Assembly (NCBI GenBank): GCA_012295275.1
Contig: CM022672.1
Location: 1,612,001 to 1,676,000, forward strand
Length of the DNA stretch: 64,000 bases
Direction: 5' to 3'
Source of the DNA: Chrysomallon squamiferum
Taxonomy: Eukaryota; Animalia; Mollusca
Of the stretch, positions 1-18,835 are shown piece by piece (within the stretch, counting starts at the first letter, position 1; every line of letters starts with the position of its first letter). The translations under genes and the position numbers were made by a program. Under the pieces are notes generated by a model. The model had not been told where the DNA came from. It made no database searches and saw only the letters and a program-made list of their open reading frames with translations.

Positions 1-779
1 CTCACAGCCAGTAAGTAATAACAAAGAAATAAAGACACAAAAAAACGAAAGGATTCAGATGTAACTAGTGACATGTATATCAAATGTACTGTCTGCTTGA
101 TATATTCATGTATGTTCTTTGACTACTTTTTTTTCAAATCCGCAGTGATCACTCATTATATTTTCCTTCTACAACATATTACTGAGAAACATTTTCTTCA
201 GCGCTAACTCTTTGTAAATCAGGGAGGAAAAAAAAAGAAAGATACTCCTGCAAAAACACCTTTTTTTAAAAAAGAAACATTCTGGAATTCATTATCAAAC
301 TACAAAAGAACATGGGCATTGTTCAAAGGATCACATACAACTTGTTTATATGTCAAAGGAAGAAATTGCACATCAGGGTTTAAAAGCAAAGATGACGCAT
401 AAAGGCTAGTGTCCCATGAAATTACACTCTGTCTACCTTCCTGTCCATAGGGAAGAGCCTACTAAAGGTTCTTTTCTTCTAACTGAAAAGCTTTTAACTC
501 TATCGGTGTTAATTAACCATAAATATGATTCCGTGAAATCCTGCATTAATCATACGACTGCTTATTTGTCTTAAAATATTTATTCCCTTTTTCCTTTCCA
601 TTCAAATTATCAAGTAGGCGAAAAAAAAATGTTTATCTGAACAATTTCAATATTTTTAACGCGTTATTTAAAAAACAGCATTTATCATGTTATTAATTGG
701 CATAATATAATATTACAGTACCAATTTACAGAAGTCAGTCACTGTTTTTTATTTTATTTTATTATTATTATCTTTCCAG

Positions 780-5851
<5,072 letters not shown>

Positions 5852-6334
5852 AAATAATTAGTTCTTACAAAGACTCGGCAGTGTCTCTTTGTTGGTAGTG
5901 GTTATTTTGTATCGATATCAGTTTAACTGACTCACTTTAACTTTAATTTTATTTTATGATCACGAATATATGTAGAGAGAGAGCTTGTTTATTTAATATT
6001 TTGTTCTTAGCTTCAGCTCTTACATGAAAACAGTTATTATTAATTGTGTTCTCTTTCTCAAATGAACTCGATTTGATTACCAAATATCTTTGTATGTATT
6101 TTTCTATTTAAGACAAATCTTATGAATTAAATTCTAACTGCGTTAAGTTTAAACAATAACGATTGTGGAAGAAACTTGAAATGAATTTATAACTGGTCGT
6201 TACATCTTAAAAATGATTTTCCTGAGACTCATGTTGTTAGGATTTTTTGGCAAGAGTCCACATTTGTCTGCAAGCATTAAAATGAGAAAATTCACACTAT
6301 ACAGCAAAAGGGGGACAAACGCGTCTATTTTGTA

Positions 6335-6340
6335 AATAAA
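6335..6340 (+). terminator. Candidate polyadenylation signal of SLC23-A
   Basis: AATAAA ~480 nt after the stop, followed by a GT-rich tract (cattgtattttctgtgcgtg). Confidence 0.45.
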
Positions 6341-6860
6341 CTTATAAGACTGAGTCATTGTATTTTCTGTGCGTGGATAAATGGAAGTTTTCTTTACCCC
6401 AAAAGATTACTGTGCTTAAAGCTGCTAACTTTTATATTTAAAAATAGAAGAAGAAATATATATATATATATATATATTTTTTTTTTTTAAATAATTTTTA
6501 TGTAAACAGAATATAAACTGAAATGTTGTTGTTTTCTCTTCTTTTTCTTGCACAAACTGTAACTGTAGTGGTAGTAGTAGTAATGGTAACAGTAGTAGTA
6601 GTGCTACTAGTAATAAAAGTAATTGTAGTAGCAGAAGCAGTGGTAGCTGTACAGGACAGAGGTAGCACGTCGCTGGGGTTAAGCTGGACAGGAAGGAAAT
6701 GTTTACCGTTAGTGACTCAAAACGTACCACATAATTACTTTCAGATGTTTGTATGTGTTCCACGTGCAACAATAGGATCAGGCCAATACACTGGATACAT
6801 ACATATAACATATATATATATATATTATTATATTTATTATTATTATTATCATTATTATTA

Positions 6861-6942
<82 letters not shown>

Positions 6943-7756
6943 ACGAGTGAAGAGCTTTATTTTTAGAACTGTTACAGTGAAGAATTTCTCAAATAATTAT
7001 TCTGATTAGAAATCTTCCTAAAAAATAATAAAGAAAGAAATAAAATTAAAATCTTAGATCATCTGCAAACATAAAATCTCGCTAATATGGAAGACATTGC
7101 CTCTGACGTCAGCAAATTAAAAAACAAAATAAAAAAAACATCCTAATTACAAATATTCTTAAAAGAATCCTTTATCTTCCCATTCCACAAAAGATGTAAT
7201 AGACATATAATACTATATTTAATTATAAAATATACATATATGGTTCTCTGTCATTTTAAATCAAAACTATAACTTGCAAAATAGAATCAAAAGAAACATA
7301 AAAAAAATAATAATAAAAATAATAATCAAATAAAAAATGAAAAAGATGAAATGAAAGAAAAAAAAAAAGAGAAAAAAAAAAAGAGAATCAAAAGCGAAAG
7401 TAAAACAAAAGAGAGAAAGAGAATATATTGTAGAAGAGACACAAATGTTAAAGAAAAGTGAAAGAAATCGGGTTGTTGGTGTTCTTCGATGACTAAAGTT
7501 GTTGAAATATTAACCAAGAAACGTGTGTTATTTATTTCGGTCAACTTGGCAGTAACCTGCAGCATGTGGAACTGATCTGAACTCGGTTTTAGTTACGTAA
7601 CATTATTACATGTATAAATAATTCAGTTCAATTAGATTTACCTTCGTTTATTTTCTTTATTCTTTCTTTGTAAATCAACATACAGGTTTTTTGAACACAG
7701 CCCAAAAATAAATAAACCAAAGCAAAACATGCACAAAAAACCCCAACACATTATAA

Positions 7757-7808
<52 letters not shown>

Positions 7809-7990
7809 TGATTAGGGCTATAGGACGCTTATATAGAGCTTAAACAATAGAGGGATTTTATTAGTTTTATTTCCCTGACTCAGGTATATCTAACATCCTA
7901 TCTCCCTGGGCAGCATTCAGTCTATGCTGCCAAAATGGCGCAGTGCACTATTAACACAGATAACCATCCGTCCTGGTCAGGTCTCAAACG
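7757..7990 (-). mobile_element. Decayed SINE/LINE-tail-like fragment ending in a (TTA)n tail
   Basis: Core tctccctgggcagcattcagtctatgctgccaaaatggcgcag…gtcctggtcaggt resembles widespread aquatic-invertebrate SINE cores (recalled). It abuts an (AAT)n array that reads as a 3' tail on -. Confidence 0.4.
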
Positions 7991-8134
7991 AACCACAGTC
8001 GCCAAATAACAGCATGAACGTATGACACGAATATTAGCATGTGAAAGATACCTAAACAGAACAAATGAAACATGAATGAATTAGCTGCAGAAAGAAATAC
8101 TCAGAAGGAAGAAGGACGAATGACTGAGTTAGAA

Positions 8135-8224
<90 letters not shown>

Positions 8225-8984
8225 TTAGCAAACATAGAAACCGAGAAGCCTATTCACAACTTGATGTTTACCTTGTCTCGTCTCTGTAATTATTCAGGTC
8301 AACACCACTTGTATATCTCACAAGTGTTAATCTTTCTAGGAAACCACATTTTGATGTCTTAAAAGTCGCGTTCACACTAAAACAATATTTATACAAAAGA
8401 CTTTCTTAAAAATGAATGTCATCCATTTCTGAATTTCCCTTTGGCTTTTTTCTTTTTCTATTTTTTTTTTTTTTTTTTTTTTTTCTGTTTAAACGTAAAC
8501 GAATACACTTCATACGAAAATCTTTTTTTGTGTGTGTTGTTGTTGTTGTTGTTGTTATATGTGATTTTTGAGGCAGTAGACTGCACGTATTTATATACTG
8601 AGTAAATCAGAAAGTTAAAACGTCCCTTTAAACGATGTCAATGAACTGACAGTGAAAGGTGAATATCCCACGCTTCTTCAGACACAAGACGACTTTTAAG
8701 AAGTTTACTTATGGAGGATTAATCTAATCCTGCAGTGTATCGGATTAAACACGAAGTAAACAGCTCACACAGCCGACATGTTCCTTGTTATCTTCTCACC
8801 ACCACCGCGTCTTGTTTACATCTTTACACTGAATTCACTCGGTTATGGTTTCATTCCTCCATCTTCTTTTTTTTTTTTTTCGTTTTTGTTATTTGTGTTG
8901 TTTTTCTTTCTGTGTTTTTGTGTTTTTTCTTTCTCTCCGTTACATTAATACGTAGCAGACGTATTCGTGTAGACGTATGTATAT

Positions 8985-9340
8985 ACACACACAGACACAT
9001 ACACTCTAACACACACACAGTCACACTAACACTGACACATACACACACAGTAACACGTACACTCTAACACACACACTGACACATACACACACATACACAC
9101 ACTGACACATACACACACACACACACACTGACACATACACACACATACACACTCTGACACATACACAGACACACACAGTAACACGTACACTCTAACAAAC
9201 ACACTGACACATACACACACATACACACACTGAAATATACACACACATACACACACTGACACATACACACACATACACACACTGACACATACACTCTAAC
9301 ACACACACTGACACATACACTCTAACACACACACACACAT
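8985..9340. repeat. Compound CA-rich minisatellite (acacacactgacacatac / acactctaac units)
   Basis: Directly visible; gives rise to the spurious CV/HT ORFs. Confidence 0.85.
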
Positions 9341-10304
9341 TAATATCTCACACAAATACATTATTCAAACAGGTACATGTATTCAGAGACATATTTATTT
9401 ATACATATACTTTTATATACAGAAGCACATACACATAATCACAGAATTAGACTAACACAAAAACACACACACACACATACACCTACATACAAATATATAT
9501 ACAGAGAGAATTACACACAGAATCATCTATAACTCACAGATATTCATTATATGCATATCGTTTCTCCTTTTTAAAATAAAAATATGTATTTATTTATTTA
9601 TTTATTTAGTTTTATTTAGTTAGTTAGTTAGTTAAAACGTTTTCTTTCTTTCTCTCTCTTTTTTTCTACTTCCTACAAAACAAATTTGTTATTTATCTGC
9701 AAAGCGCTTTGAATTTAGCGAAACACAATACCTGAGAAATAAATGAATGAACATTAACGTACACAGTAGAGGCCTATTTATTTTTTTTTTTTTTTTTTTT
9801 AAATTAATAAAAAAAAAAAAAAAACACTTAATTGTGCTAGCTCAGCACTGGATTTATTTTATTTTCTCCACCGACCTCCTTGTCTGGTTATATCAAGTCA
9901 AAAGATTAACGACATGATGTAAACAGCGTACATTATGCAAACAAATGAAACGTGATACGAAACAAAACAAACATTAAAACCCGGCTACGGAGGGGAATCT
10001 GAACGTTAGCGCGCGTACGAAAAGTTAAAAAATATTCAAGAATTTTGTTGATACGTCGTTCGACCACGTGGTAAACAGTCGACACATACGAAGTGCAGTT
10101 CTTGTTTGTAGGTCAGTCAGCCTCGATTCATACACACAGCTGATGATAAATAGGAAAGAAGTAAGTGTTTTTAAACGTTGCACAACGGTGGTATCTCTGT
10201 ACCGTTATCGATTTATGTCAGTTGTCATGGTAAATCGCAGACATTATGTTAGAATGGTAGTCGTAATGGACCAAAGAAAACATGCAACATCTTATGTTAA
10301 TTAA

Positions 10305-10680
10305 AAATATTTCGAGTTAAATGGATTATTTAAGGATTTTTCCAGTTCACTGCATTAATTAAGGATTTCTTCCGGGTTTAGAGAATTAAGGATTTTTCCA
10401 GTTTCATTGAATTAATTAAGAATTTTTCATGTTAGTAAAATGTAATTATGGATTTTCCGGACTTAATGAATGAATTAAAGATTGTCCATGTTCAGAGATG
10501 GTTTGCGTTTACTTCATTAATTAAAGATTTTACACTTCCACATCGCATAAATTAAGCATTTTCCAGATTTAGTTTAAGGATTTTCCAGTTTCTAAGCCTA
10601 TGAATGAAACATTCTCTGGTTTAGTTTGTTAAGGATTTCCAAATTCACTTAGATAAGGACTTTGACAGATTTAATTCAGG
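10305..10680 (+). repeat. Degenerate ~28-30-bp repeat with core TTAAGGATTTT(T)CC
   Basis: About 10 imperfect copies of ttaaggatttt(t)cc(a/g) just upstream of the SLC23-B start exon. Confidence 0.7.
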
Positions 10681-10714
10681 GTTTTAATTCTTTGCTCAAG
10701 AGCAGGAACAAGAC

Positions 10715-12273
10715 ATGGAAGAAAAGGAGTTTTTGGAACATGATCTGGAGTCGAAAGAGTCAGGTTCGAAAAAAAAACACGTCGTGTACGAAATTGATCA
10801 GTCACCACACCCACTTCTCTGGCCCGTGTTCGGAATTCAGGTAACCCACTTTTGCATTCAAGTTCTTTTATTGTATCGTTTGTAGAATGTACATTTAAAT
10901 ATTTCAAAATCCGTATTTGTAATTTCAAATTCTAAACCTTGACAAAAGTGCTTTCTTTCAGCATTTATGTTTAATATTTACTGTTTGGTCGTTTGTACAA
11001 GAAAGATTAGGTTTTTCAAAATGCAAAAATGTAGGTTTTTGTTTTTTCTTCTTTTCTTTCTTTCTTTCTTTCCTCCTCCTCCTTTTTCTTCTTCTTCTTC
11101 TTCTTTCTTCTTCTTCTTCTTCTTCTTATTATTATTATTATGTTATGTATATGATAGATAAACATATTTAACAAGGTTGTGCTAGAGCACTAACGTGTGT
11201 GTTTGTGTGTGCGTGCGTGCGTGTGTGTGTGAGTAAAAGAAGGTATTAATATGAGACAAAATAGTGTTGGTTTATTCACTACAGCGGCCAGCTAAATACA
11301 CTGCGTACTACTTAAACTTCAAGATAAAAAATGATTCTGTCTCGTACATAACAAAATATACAAAACGTTTTCCTGCAGTTTTCCGACATCCATCACACAA
11401 AGAAAAAACCTTCAAGGACGAAATAAAAAACAACAACAACAAAACAAAAAGATCTATATAAATATGTTCCCTCCTAAGAATGATTTATATTCTAAACAAA
11501 AAAACTGGTATTAACTGTATACAGTCTTTTTCAAACTCAAAAAACCACACTGTTTCAAATTATATGCATAGACTATCCATTTTTAATGTTAAAACTATAA
11601 TCAGAATCGTTTGATAGTGTATTGTAAATACAGTACATTTAGAAACATTAAAGAAATCTGAATACCTATCACAGACAGGTAAATATTTTGAAATGTATCA
11701 AATACAAAGGGGATTTAATGCGACAAATCCATTCTCCACACGATACATTATCTAAGATAAACCAGTGCTAGCATGATAACTAAACAAGCGTTACGTACAC
11801 CAATACTTGTACGTTTTATAAATTATAAGTCTAAAGAGTTCCCCATTTTAAAATCGAATTTCCATATATTCGATGTCCATTATATTATTTATTTTAACTC
11901 TTATAATTTTAAGATAAAAACCCATAAAGATGTCTCCTCAGTAATTTGTTTTCGTGCTATCTACTTTGACTTTCGTATTGAATCACATTAGGTTTAAAAA
12001 TATATAAAAAAAGAGGTTAATAATACAACCAAAATAAAAATAAAAAATAAAAATAAAAACAGTTCAAATTTGTTTTGTGCGATCAACCATTGTCTACGTA
12101 GTAGATTCATAGATCGAATTCTGTTAGATGTCCATGTACCTAATAATAAAGGTGTAAAACATTATTTACATTAATTTGTTTTCCATAAACTTCTCTTATC
12201 TGTCGTTGATAAACAGGAACATAAATAACTTGTATGTTCGGAATACGTGCATGAAAACAGCCTGATCTGACCA

Positions 12274-12335
<62 letters not shown>

Positions 12336-13593
12336 AGAGGCAGAGAGAGAGAAAGAGAAAGAGACACACAGAAAGACCGAGAGAAAGAGGGAATGTTATC
12401 TGAATTCTACAAAACGGCATCAAAATAAATCGTGTTTAATCTGGATTCCAGAAAGCAGAACTGACCCTTGAAACAACTTTATGACCTAATTTTTATCCAA
12501 AACCGAAAACCGCCAGTGCAGCATGTACGTAATCTGAAATTCTAGAAGGTGGAACCGACCCTTTAAAGTGAGAGTTTTCGACCAACTTCTTTATAACCTG
12601 ATTATCCCACGTCCTTGCACTGAACGGAGAAGAAACCACGCTGTCTTTCCGTGCACACTGAGTGGACCAATACCTCTGACGATACCGCGTATTAAACAAA
12701 TATCACAGCGACCTGATACCTGATATTCTGAACAACATTTCGTGTTATATAAATAAATCACTGCAATGACTCGAAGCCCTAGATATGTTTCCAAACAAAG
12801 AAATTAATTTGTTATTGTCCTGATTTTTTTTTTTTTTTTTTTTTTTTTTTCTTTGACGTTTTTTATTGGCTTCTCTTAAATTTGAGATTAAGGATCAAAA
12901 AATAAGAAATAAAAAAAAAAGTAAAATAAGAAGGAGGAAAAAATAAATAAATTACAAACGCGCGCGCGCACCCACACACAACATATGCCGTTCGCTCTAT
13001 AAGCTGAATAACGTTATACGTTTGTGAGAATTTAGCGAATTAATATTTTGTCTCTAAAAATATAAAGTATATAAACAATCCCTCTCTACTACTACTACTA
13101 CTACTACTACTATTATTATTATTATTATTATTTTAATATAGATATTTCTAAATATATTAATCGATTTTTAATTATATTGTATTTGTTAATATTCTAATTT
13201 ATATGTATATATTTACATATGTATGTATATATTTATAAGTGTGTGTGTGTGCGTGTTTGTTTGTATGAATGTGTATATAATATTGAATTGGTGTCATTTT
13301 GAAATATCTATATTATATTATATTATATTATATTATATTATATTATATTATATTATATTTGCAGCAAGCACTGATGTGTATTACGGGGACGTTGTCACTC
13401 CCATTTTGATAGCCAATCAAATTTGTGCAAACGACATGCCAGAAGTGCGCTCCCGGTTGCTAAGCATTTCATTTTTTATGTGCGGCATAGCAACACTTCT
13501 TCAGAATGTTATAGGCATCAGGTAAGCGAATCCTCAACAGTATGCTAATACTACTGTAATTCCTATAGCTGTTAGAGTTTGAATAATAACAAC

Positions 13594-13635
<42 letters not shown>

Positions 13636-13643
13636 TTGATAAT

Positions 13644-13687
<44 letters not shown>

Positions 13688-16308
13688 CAGTAATAATAAT
13701 AATGTAGTGGTAGTGGATTATGATGATGATGACGACTTTGATAATTAATTTGTCTTATAATGTTAATCTTTATTTAACATTAACCCAAATTTTTGGGAAT
13801 ATATTTATGTTTAAGATAACAGGGTTTTAATCATTAAATTTTTGCAGAAATTTAAAATAAAACGTGTTTTGTGCTCCTCGGTAAAAGGTATTGTTTTTCT
13901 TCTACTTACCAGATTACCCATAATTCAAGGCGGCTCTATGGCGTTTCTAATTCCAATCATGTCGATGATGTCACTGGATCAGTGGAAATGCAGATCTGAC
14001 AGTGAGGTGTTTTTATAGCTCGTTAAAACAAGCACCTCAGTTTTTGTCTTCATTCTCCACCAGTCAACTACTGCAAATTTGAATTTTTAAGAATATGGCG
14101 AAACTGAGTTTGTGCGATGGCAGTGAATTTTAGTTTCTGAGTTTCGGTTTGTTAGTTTGAACATACCATAGTATGTGATTAATAGTCAAATGCAGTTGTA
14201 ATATGATATTATTTATTTATTTATTTATTATTTATTTACTTGTTTGTTTGTTGTTTGTTTGTTTGTTTTTCATTTAAACTATTTTACGATTATTCTTGTG
14301 ATTATCTCTGTGTGTTTGTGTGGGTCTAAAACAGTACTAATTATTCTTTATATTTTATCTTCAGCTGAACTGGACAGCAACTCCACATTCAGCAAGGACC
14401 ACCAATGGATGGAAAAGATGAGAGAGGTATAAATTAATATTATAATTTAATTGTTTTTTGTGTTTTATTTTTGTTTTGTTGTTTTTTTGTGTTTTATTTT
14501 TGTGTTGTTTTTTTTACTCAACAATAAACAATAACTAGTAAAAACCAATGCTTGCATTAAAACCTGACAGTCGATAGTGACTGCTTCCTTGTTTTATTCT
14601 TTTACAGATCCAAGGCAATTTGATGCTGGCCTCTCTCACGCAGGTATTTCTTGGAGCCACAGGTCTTATCGGGTTTCTTCTCCGATTCATCGGCCCTCTA
14701 ACCATTGCTCCTACCATATCGTTAATAGGACTCGGCTTAGCGCCCATAATAATTGACATGTGTGCACTTCACTGGGGTGTTTCCATTATGTAAGTGTTTT
14801 AATGTTTAGATTTAGTGTGTTTGAACATTCGTATATATAGATACAAAAAATAAACACATGCATACTGACAAATATATACATATAATTATACGTATTTACG
14901 TACAGACACACAGACACAAAGAAGATGTATGCAAAAATAACGAAAGACAAAGAACGTCGAGCTTTGAGCAACCTTTAACGTTGTCTTTACGGCCGAACGG
15001 TAACGTCGAGCGCTTTCGGAGTGCGGCGAATGAGCGTCATGCGTTCGAGTCTCGCCAGCGGCATCTGACGAGGTTTGTGAGGTCGTGATTGGACTTTGTC
15101 CTCCTGCGCCAGTGCGTTCCTGAATATTGTCTATGTGCAGAGTCTATTCAGTCGTACATACGACAGGGAATATTCAAAATCCTAAACTATATACAAAATA
15201 CGAAATATATACATATTTAATAGATAATAGATACAGTAATACATACATATATGCACGCATCCATTTTTATACTGAGAGAGAGACTCAGAGAATCAGTAAA
15301 AAGTAAAATTAAATGAAATCATCATGATGCACTCTAGAACGACTCTACAGCAGAGTCTTCAAGAAACAGCAATAATTCACCAGAAAGCTAACTGATTGTT
15401 TTTGTAGGTCTTTACTTCTAGTCGTGATTTCATCGCTGATTCTCGGAAAGTACAAAATTCCCTTTCCAGTCTGGAACAGGAGAAAGAAATGTCACGTGAT
15501 ACGATATCCTCTTTTCCAGTTAGCGCCTGTGAGTTGTCTGCAGACAGTTTATTTTATTTTTGTTTAAATTTTATTTATTTATTTATTTATTATAAAATAA
15601 ATAAACAAACTAAAGATTCTAGGAAAAATGACTGGAAACAAACATGATATCTTATCGCAAACTTCAGACCGAGTGATAGACAGTTTTTAAACATTCTTTA
15701 AGCGTTTTTTCTTACAATAATATATTTTTTTAAATATTAATTTAGCAGCTTCACAAATCACTAATGTTATAAACAGACACATACATACACACACACACAC
15801 ACACACGTATATACAATGCAAGAAATATGGTCAAATAAACAACGAAATTATTTATAAAAAAACGTTCACGTTCATTTCGCATTCTGAAAGTGTGAATACT
15901 TATTTGTATAACTGTTCGGTTTTCAGGTTCTTATATCAATATCAGTCACGTGGATATTTTGTTACATCTTAACTGCAACAAACGTGTTTCCTAACAACTC
16001 TACAGTTTCTGGATATCAAGCCAGGACAGACATTCGATTGTACATTGTCAATGAGGCTCCGACCTTTTACTTTCCTTATCCTTGTGAGGAAATTACTATG
16101 TTTTAATAGCGTTTTTCATGGATAAATACCATATTCTGATGGATTTTGTTTATATATTTTTATCCTGTTCTCAGGCCATTTTTTTTTTATTCCAAAATCT
16201 GAGACATTCACGCTATAAGCATTTCATGATTTTGTTTTTCATTATAAAAAGAAAATATGCCTTAAATAGATCAAAGATATTTCTTCTTCTTCTTCTTTTC
16301 TTCTTCTT

Positions 16309-16371
<63 letters not shown>

Positions 16372-18835
16372 TTTATTATCTTTTCTATTATTAAGTTTCT
16401 TATTGTTGTTGTTGTTGTTGTTATTTTTATTTTCATCATCAGTTCAGTTTGGAATGCCCACGTTCAGTGCTGCAGGTTATTTTGGGATGCTTATGGCCGT
16501 CTTGTCGTCACTCATCGAATCACTCGGGGACTATTTTGCCGCAGCACGTATCTGTGGCGTTCCGCCACCGCCGCCCCACGCCGTCAATCGAGGCGTGGCT
16601 ATGGAGGGCCTCGCGAGCGTTCTGTGTGGAATGATGGGTAATGGCCATGGGACGACATCGTACTGTGAAAACATTGGGGCGATTGCTGTGACAAAGGTAA
16701 AAAATAGTAGACTAGACAGCAAAAGTAAATAACTGTTAATGAATAGTTTAACATTTTTGTGTTGTTGTTGTTACTATTATTAGCCGCAGTCTTAATAGAA
16801 GCAGCAATATTATAGAATAGTAGTGGTAGTTGTGGTAGCAACAGTAGTAGTGGTTGGTATTAGTAGTATTAGTAGTAGTATCCTTTCATCTTGGTTTCGC
16901 TTTCACTATTCTTTATTCATATTGATCAAATAAACTGTCTGGTTTTAACACTTATTGTTTCTATAAAAGCCGTTAACATCAACCGTGTTCCAAGTCCGTT
17001 TATGAAAGGTTTGGTGTGTAAAGCGCGTGAAGTCGTGTTTTTTATTTAATTTTTACATTGTGGACATCGCTGGCATCATCACTTCACATATTTAACTTTG
17101 CAGGTAGCGAGCAGGCGGGTGTTCGAGACAGCTGGAATTCTGATAGTTCTGTGTGGCGTTATTGGAAAGGTAGGTGCTGTGCTGTCACTGATTCCGGACC
17201 CCGTCGTGGGCGGAGTTCAAGCGCTCACAATTGGAATGGTTACAGTGATTGGCTTGTCGACGCTAAAATTCGTAGATCTTAATTCGGCAAGAAACTTAAC
17301 TGTGATGGGAATTGCGATTATCCTGGGAATCTCCGTGCCGCGATGGATTCGGAACAACCCGGACGTAATTAACACAGGTAACATTAAATAACGACTATCA
17401 GCGAAGACTGCGGTTTCACAAAGTAAAAAATAGCAAGAGTAGGTCGTGTTTAAATTCTTCTGAGCTGGCAAACGCGTTTTTACTCTGTCGTGTTTGTTTA
17501 TTTATTTATTTATTTATTATTATTTTTTTTCTTTTAATTGGTTAATTAATTTATTAATTTAGTTTTACTTTATCAAGGGAGGTAACTACGCTTACTTTGT
17601 TTTACTTCCATTATTATCTCCCTTTAAAATAATGACATCAAAATAATTTTTAAAACTTACGAAAATAATTTTATTCCTAGAATACAACACAGTTTAATTA
17701 TTTTTGTCTTTTTAAAATTAAAATTTATGATTATCATGATACTTTTAAATTAAAAAATCAGTTTTATTTTTATTTTTTATTGAAAATAGATTTTAAGCAT
17801 CTGAAATAAAAGATCTTCTTTCTTCTTATTATTATTAATCCTGTTTGTAGGAAACAGTGAGTTTGACCAAATACTCGTAGTGCTGCTGAAGATGCCTACA
17901 TTTGTTGGAGGAGCAATTGGCTGTATTCTAGACAATGTCTTACCAGGTTCTATACATTATGTTACATTATTAACATTTGCTGTATTCTAGACAATGTCTT
18001 ACCAGGTTCTATACATTATGTTACATTATTAACATTTGCTGGATTCTAGACAATGTCTTACCAGGTTCTATACATTATGTTACATTATTAACATTTGCTG
18101 TATTCTAGACAATGTCTTTCCAGGTTTTATAAATTATGTTACATTATTAACCAACGAAGTAACATTTGCTGGATTCTAGACAAAGTCTTACCAGGTTCTA
18201 TACATTATGTTACATTATTAACATTTGCTGTATTCTAAACAATCCTGTTACCACGTTTTATACATTATGTCACATTACTGACATATTAATATAAGCTAGT
18301 CATAGAGCACAAATTGGAATGGAAACTAACCCAGTATAACATAATAACAAACTGTTTGTTTCATCTAATCATGCTTTACTCTGAACACATTTACATTAAA
18401 TAAACTAAAAATGTAATTATGGTTTATTCAAGACATCCGATCATAAATACTGACAAAATAATAGTAAATATTGTTAATATTGTATGACAGTAACCTATAA
18501 ATAAACACAGCCATTTTTTTAACAATAAGAAACGTTTTATTTCAACAGGTAGTGAAGAAGAGAGAGGTCTGAAAGCTTGGAAGATGGACATGACTGGAAA
18601 CTGCACTCAGGAAAAACAAAACGACATTTCACATTCCGTCTATGATTTGCCTCTGGTTACACCTTTCTTTCGTCGTCTTGGCTGCTGTGCACACATTCCA
18701 GTGTCACCAACATTTAACAAACAGCCAAGTATTTCCAGCTGTTTCAGGTGTCACAAACAGCAGAAAGAACACACGGAACTAGTGGACCACGAACATCAAC
18801 TAAAACCCTTGGAATTGGTGAATAATGCTGTTTGA
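10715..18835 (+). CDS. SLC23: SLC23/NAT nucleobase-ascorbate transporter, paralog B (complete; 1-nt frameshift in exon 2 as assembled, so a pseudogene, null allele or sequencing error)
   Basis: Exons 10715-10840 (MEEKEFLE…PHPLLWPVFGIQ), 13365-13521, 13913-14001, 14365-14426, 14608-14789, 15408-15528, 15927-16083, 16443-16696, 17104-17377, 17851-17946, 18549-18835. Same intron positions as paralog A, with five exons of identical length (182, 157, 254, 274, 96 nt). Total is 1805 nt, 1 nt short of 602 codons. NAT signature ENIGAIAVTKVASRRV. Confidence 0.9.
14980..15180 (+). mobile_element. tRNA-derived SINE-like head or tRNA pseudogene in an SLC23-B intron
   Basis: CpG-rich island with an A-box-like (c)GGCCGAACGGT at ~14990-15001 and a B-box GTTCGAGTC at 15043-15051. 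The cloverleaf stems are degenerate. Confidence 0.5.
17920..18283 (+). repeat. 59-bp tandem repeat (~6 copies) containing the end of exon 10 and its splice donor
   Basis: Unit gctgtattctagacaatgtcttaccag|gttctatacattatgttacattattaacattt starts at 17920, 17979, 18038, 18097, ~18168 and ~18227. Confidence 0.92.

Noticed and set aside
1-16. Donor-like CCA|GTAAGT at the window start as the missing first exon of SLC23-A
   Set aside because: The preceding bases do not encode the expected …G-x-Q end seen in paralog B, and there is too little sequence to judge.
13400-13412. Programmed ribosomal frameshift rescuing SLC23-B
   Set aside because: No canonical slippery heptamer or evident stimulatory structure, and paralog A is simply in frame; an indel or sequencing error is more parsimonious.
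14983-15063. Functional tRNA gene
   Set aside because: The acceptor and T stems pair poorly and no oligo-T terminator follows; kept only as a SINE-like head.
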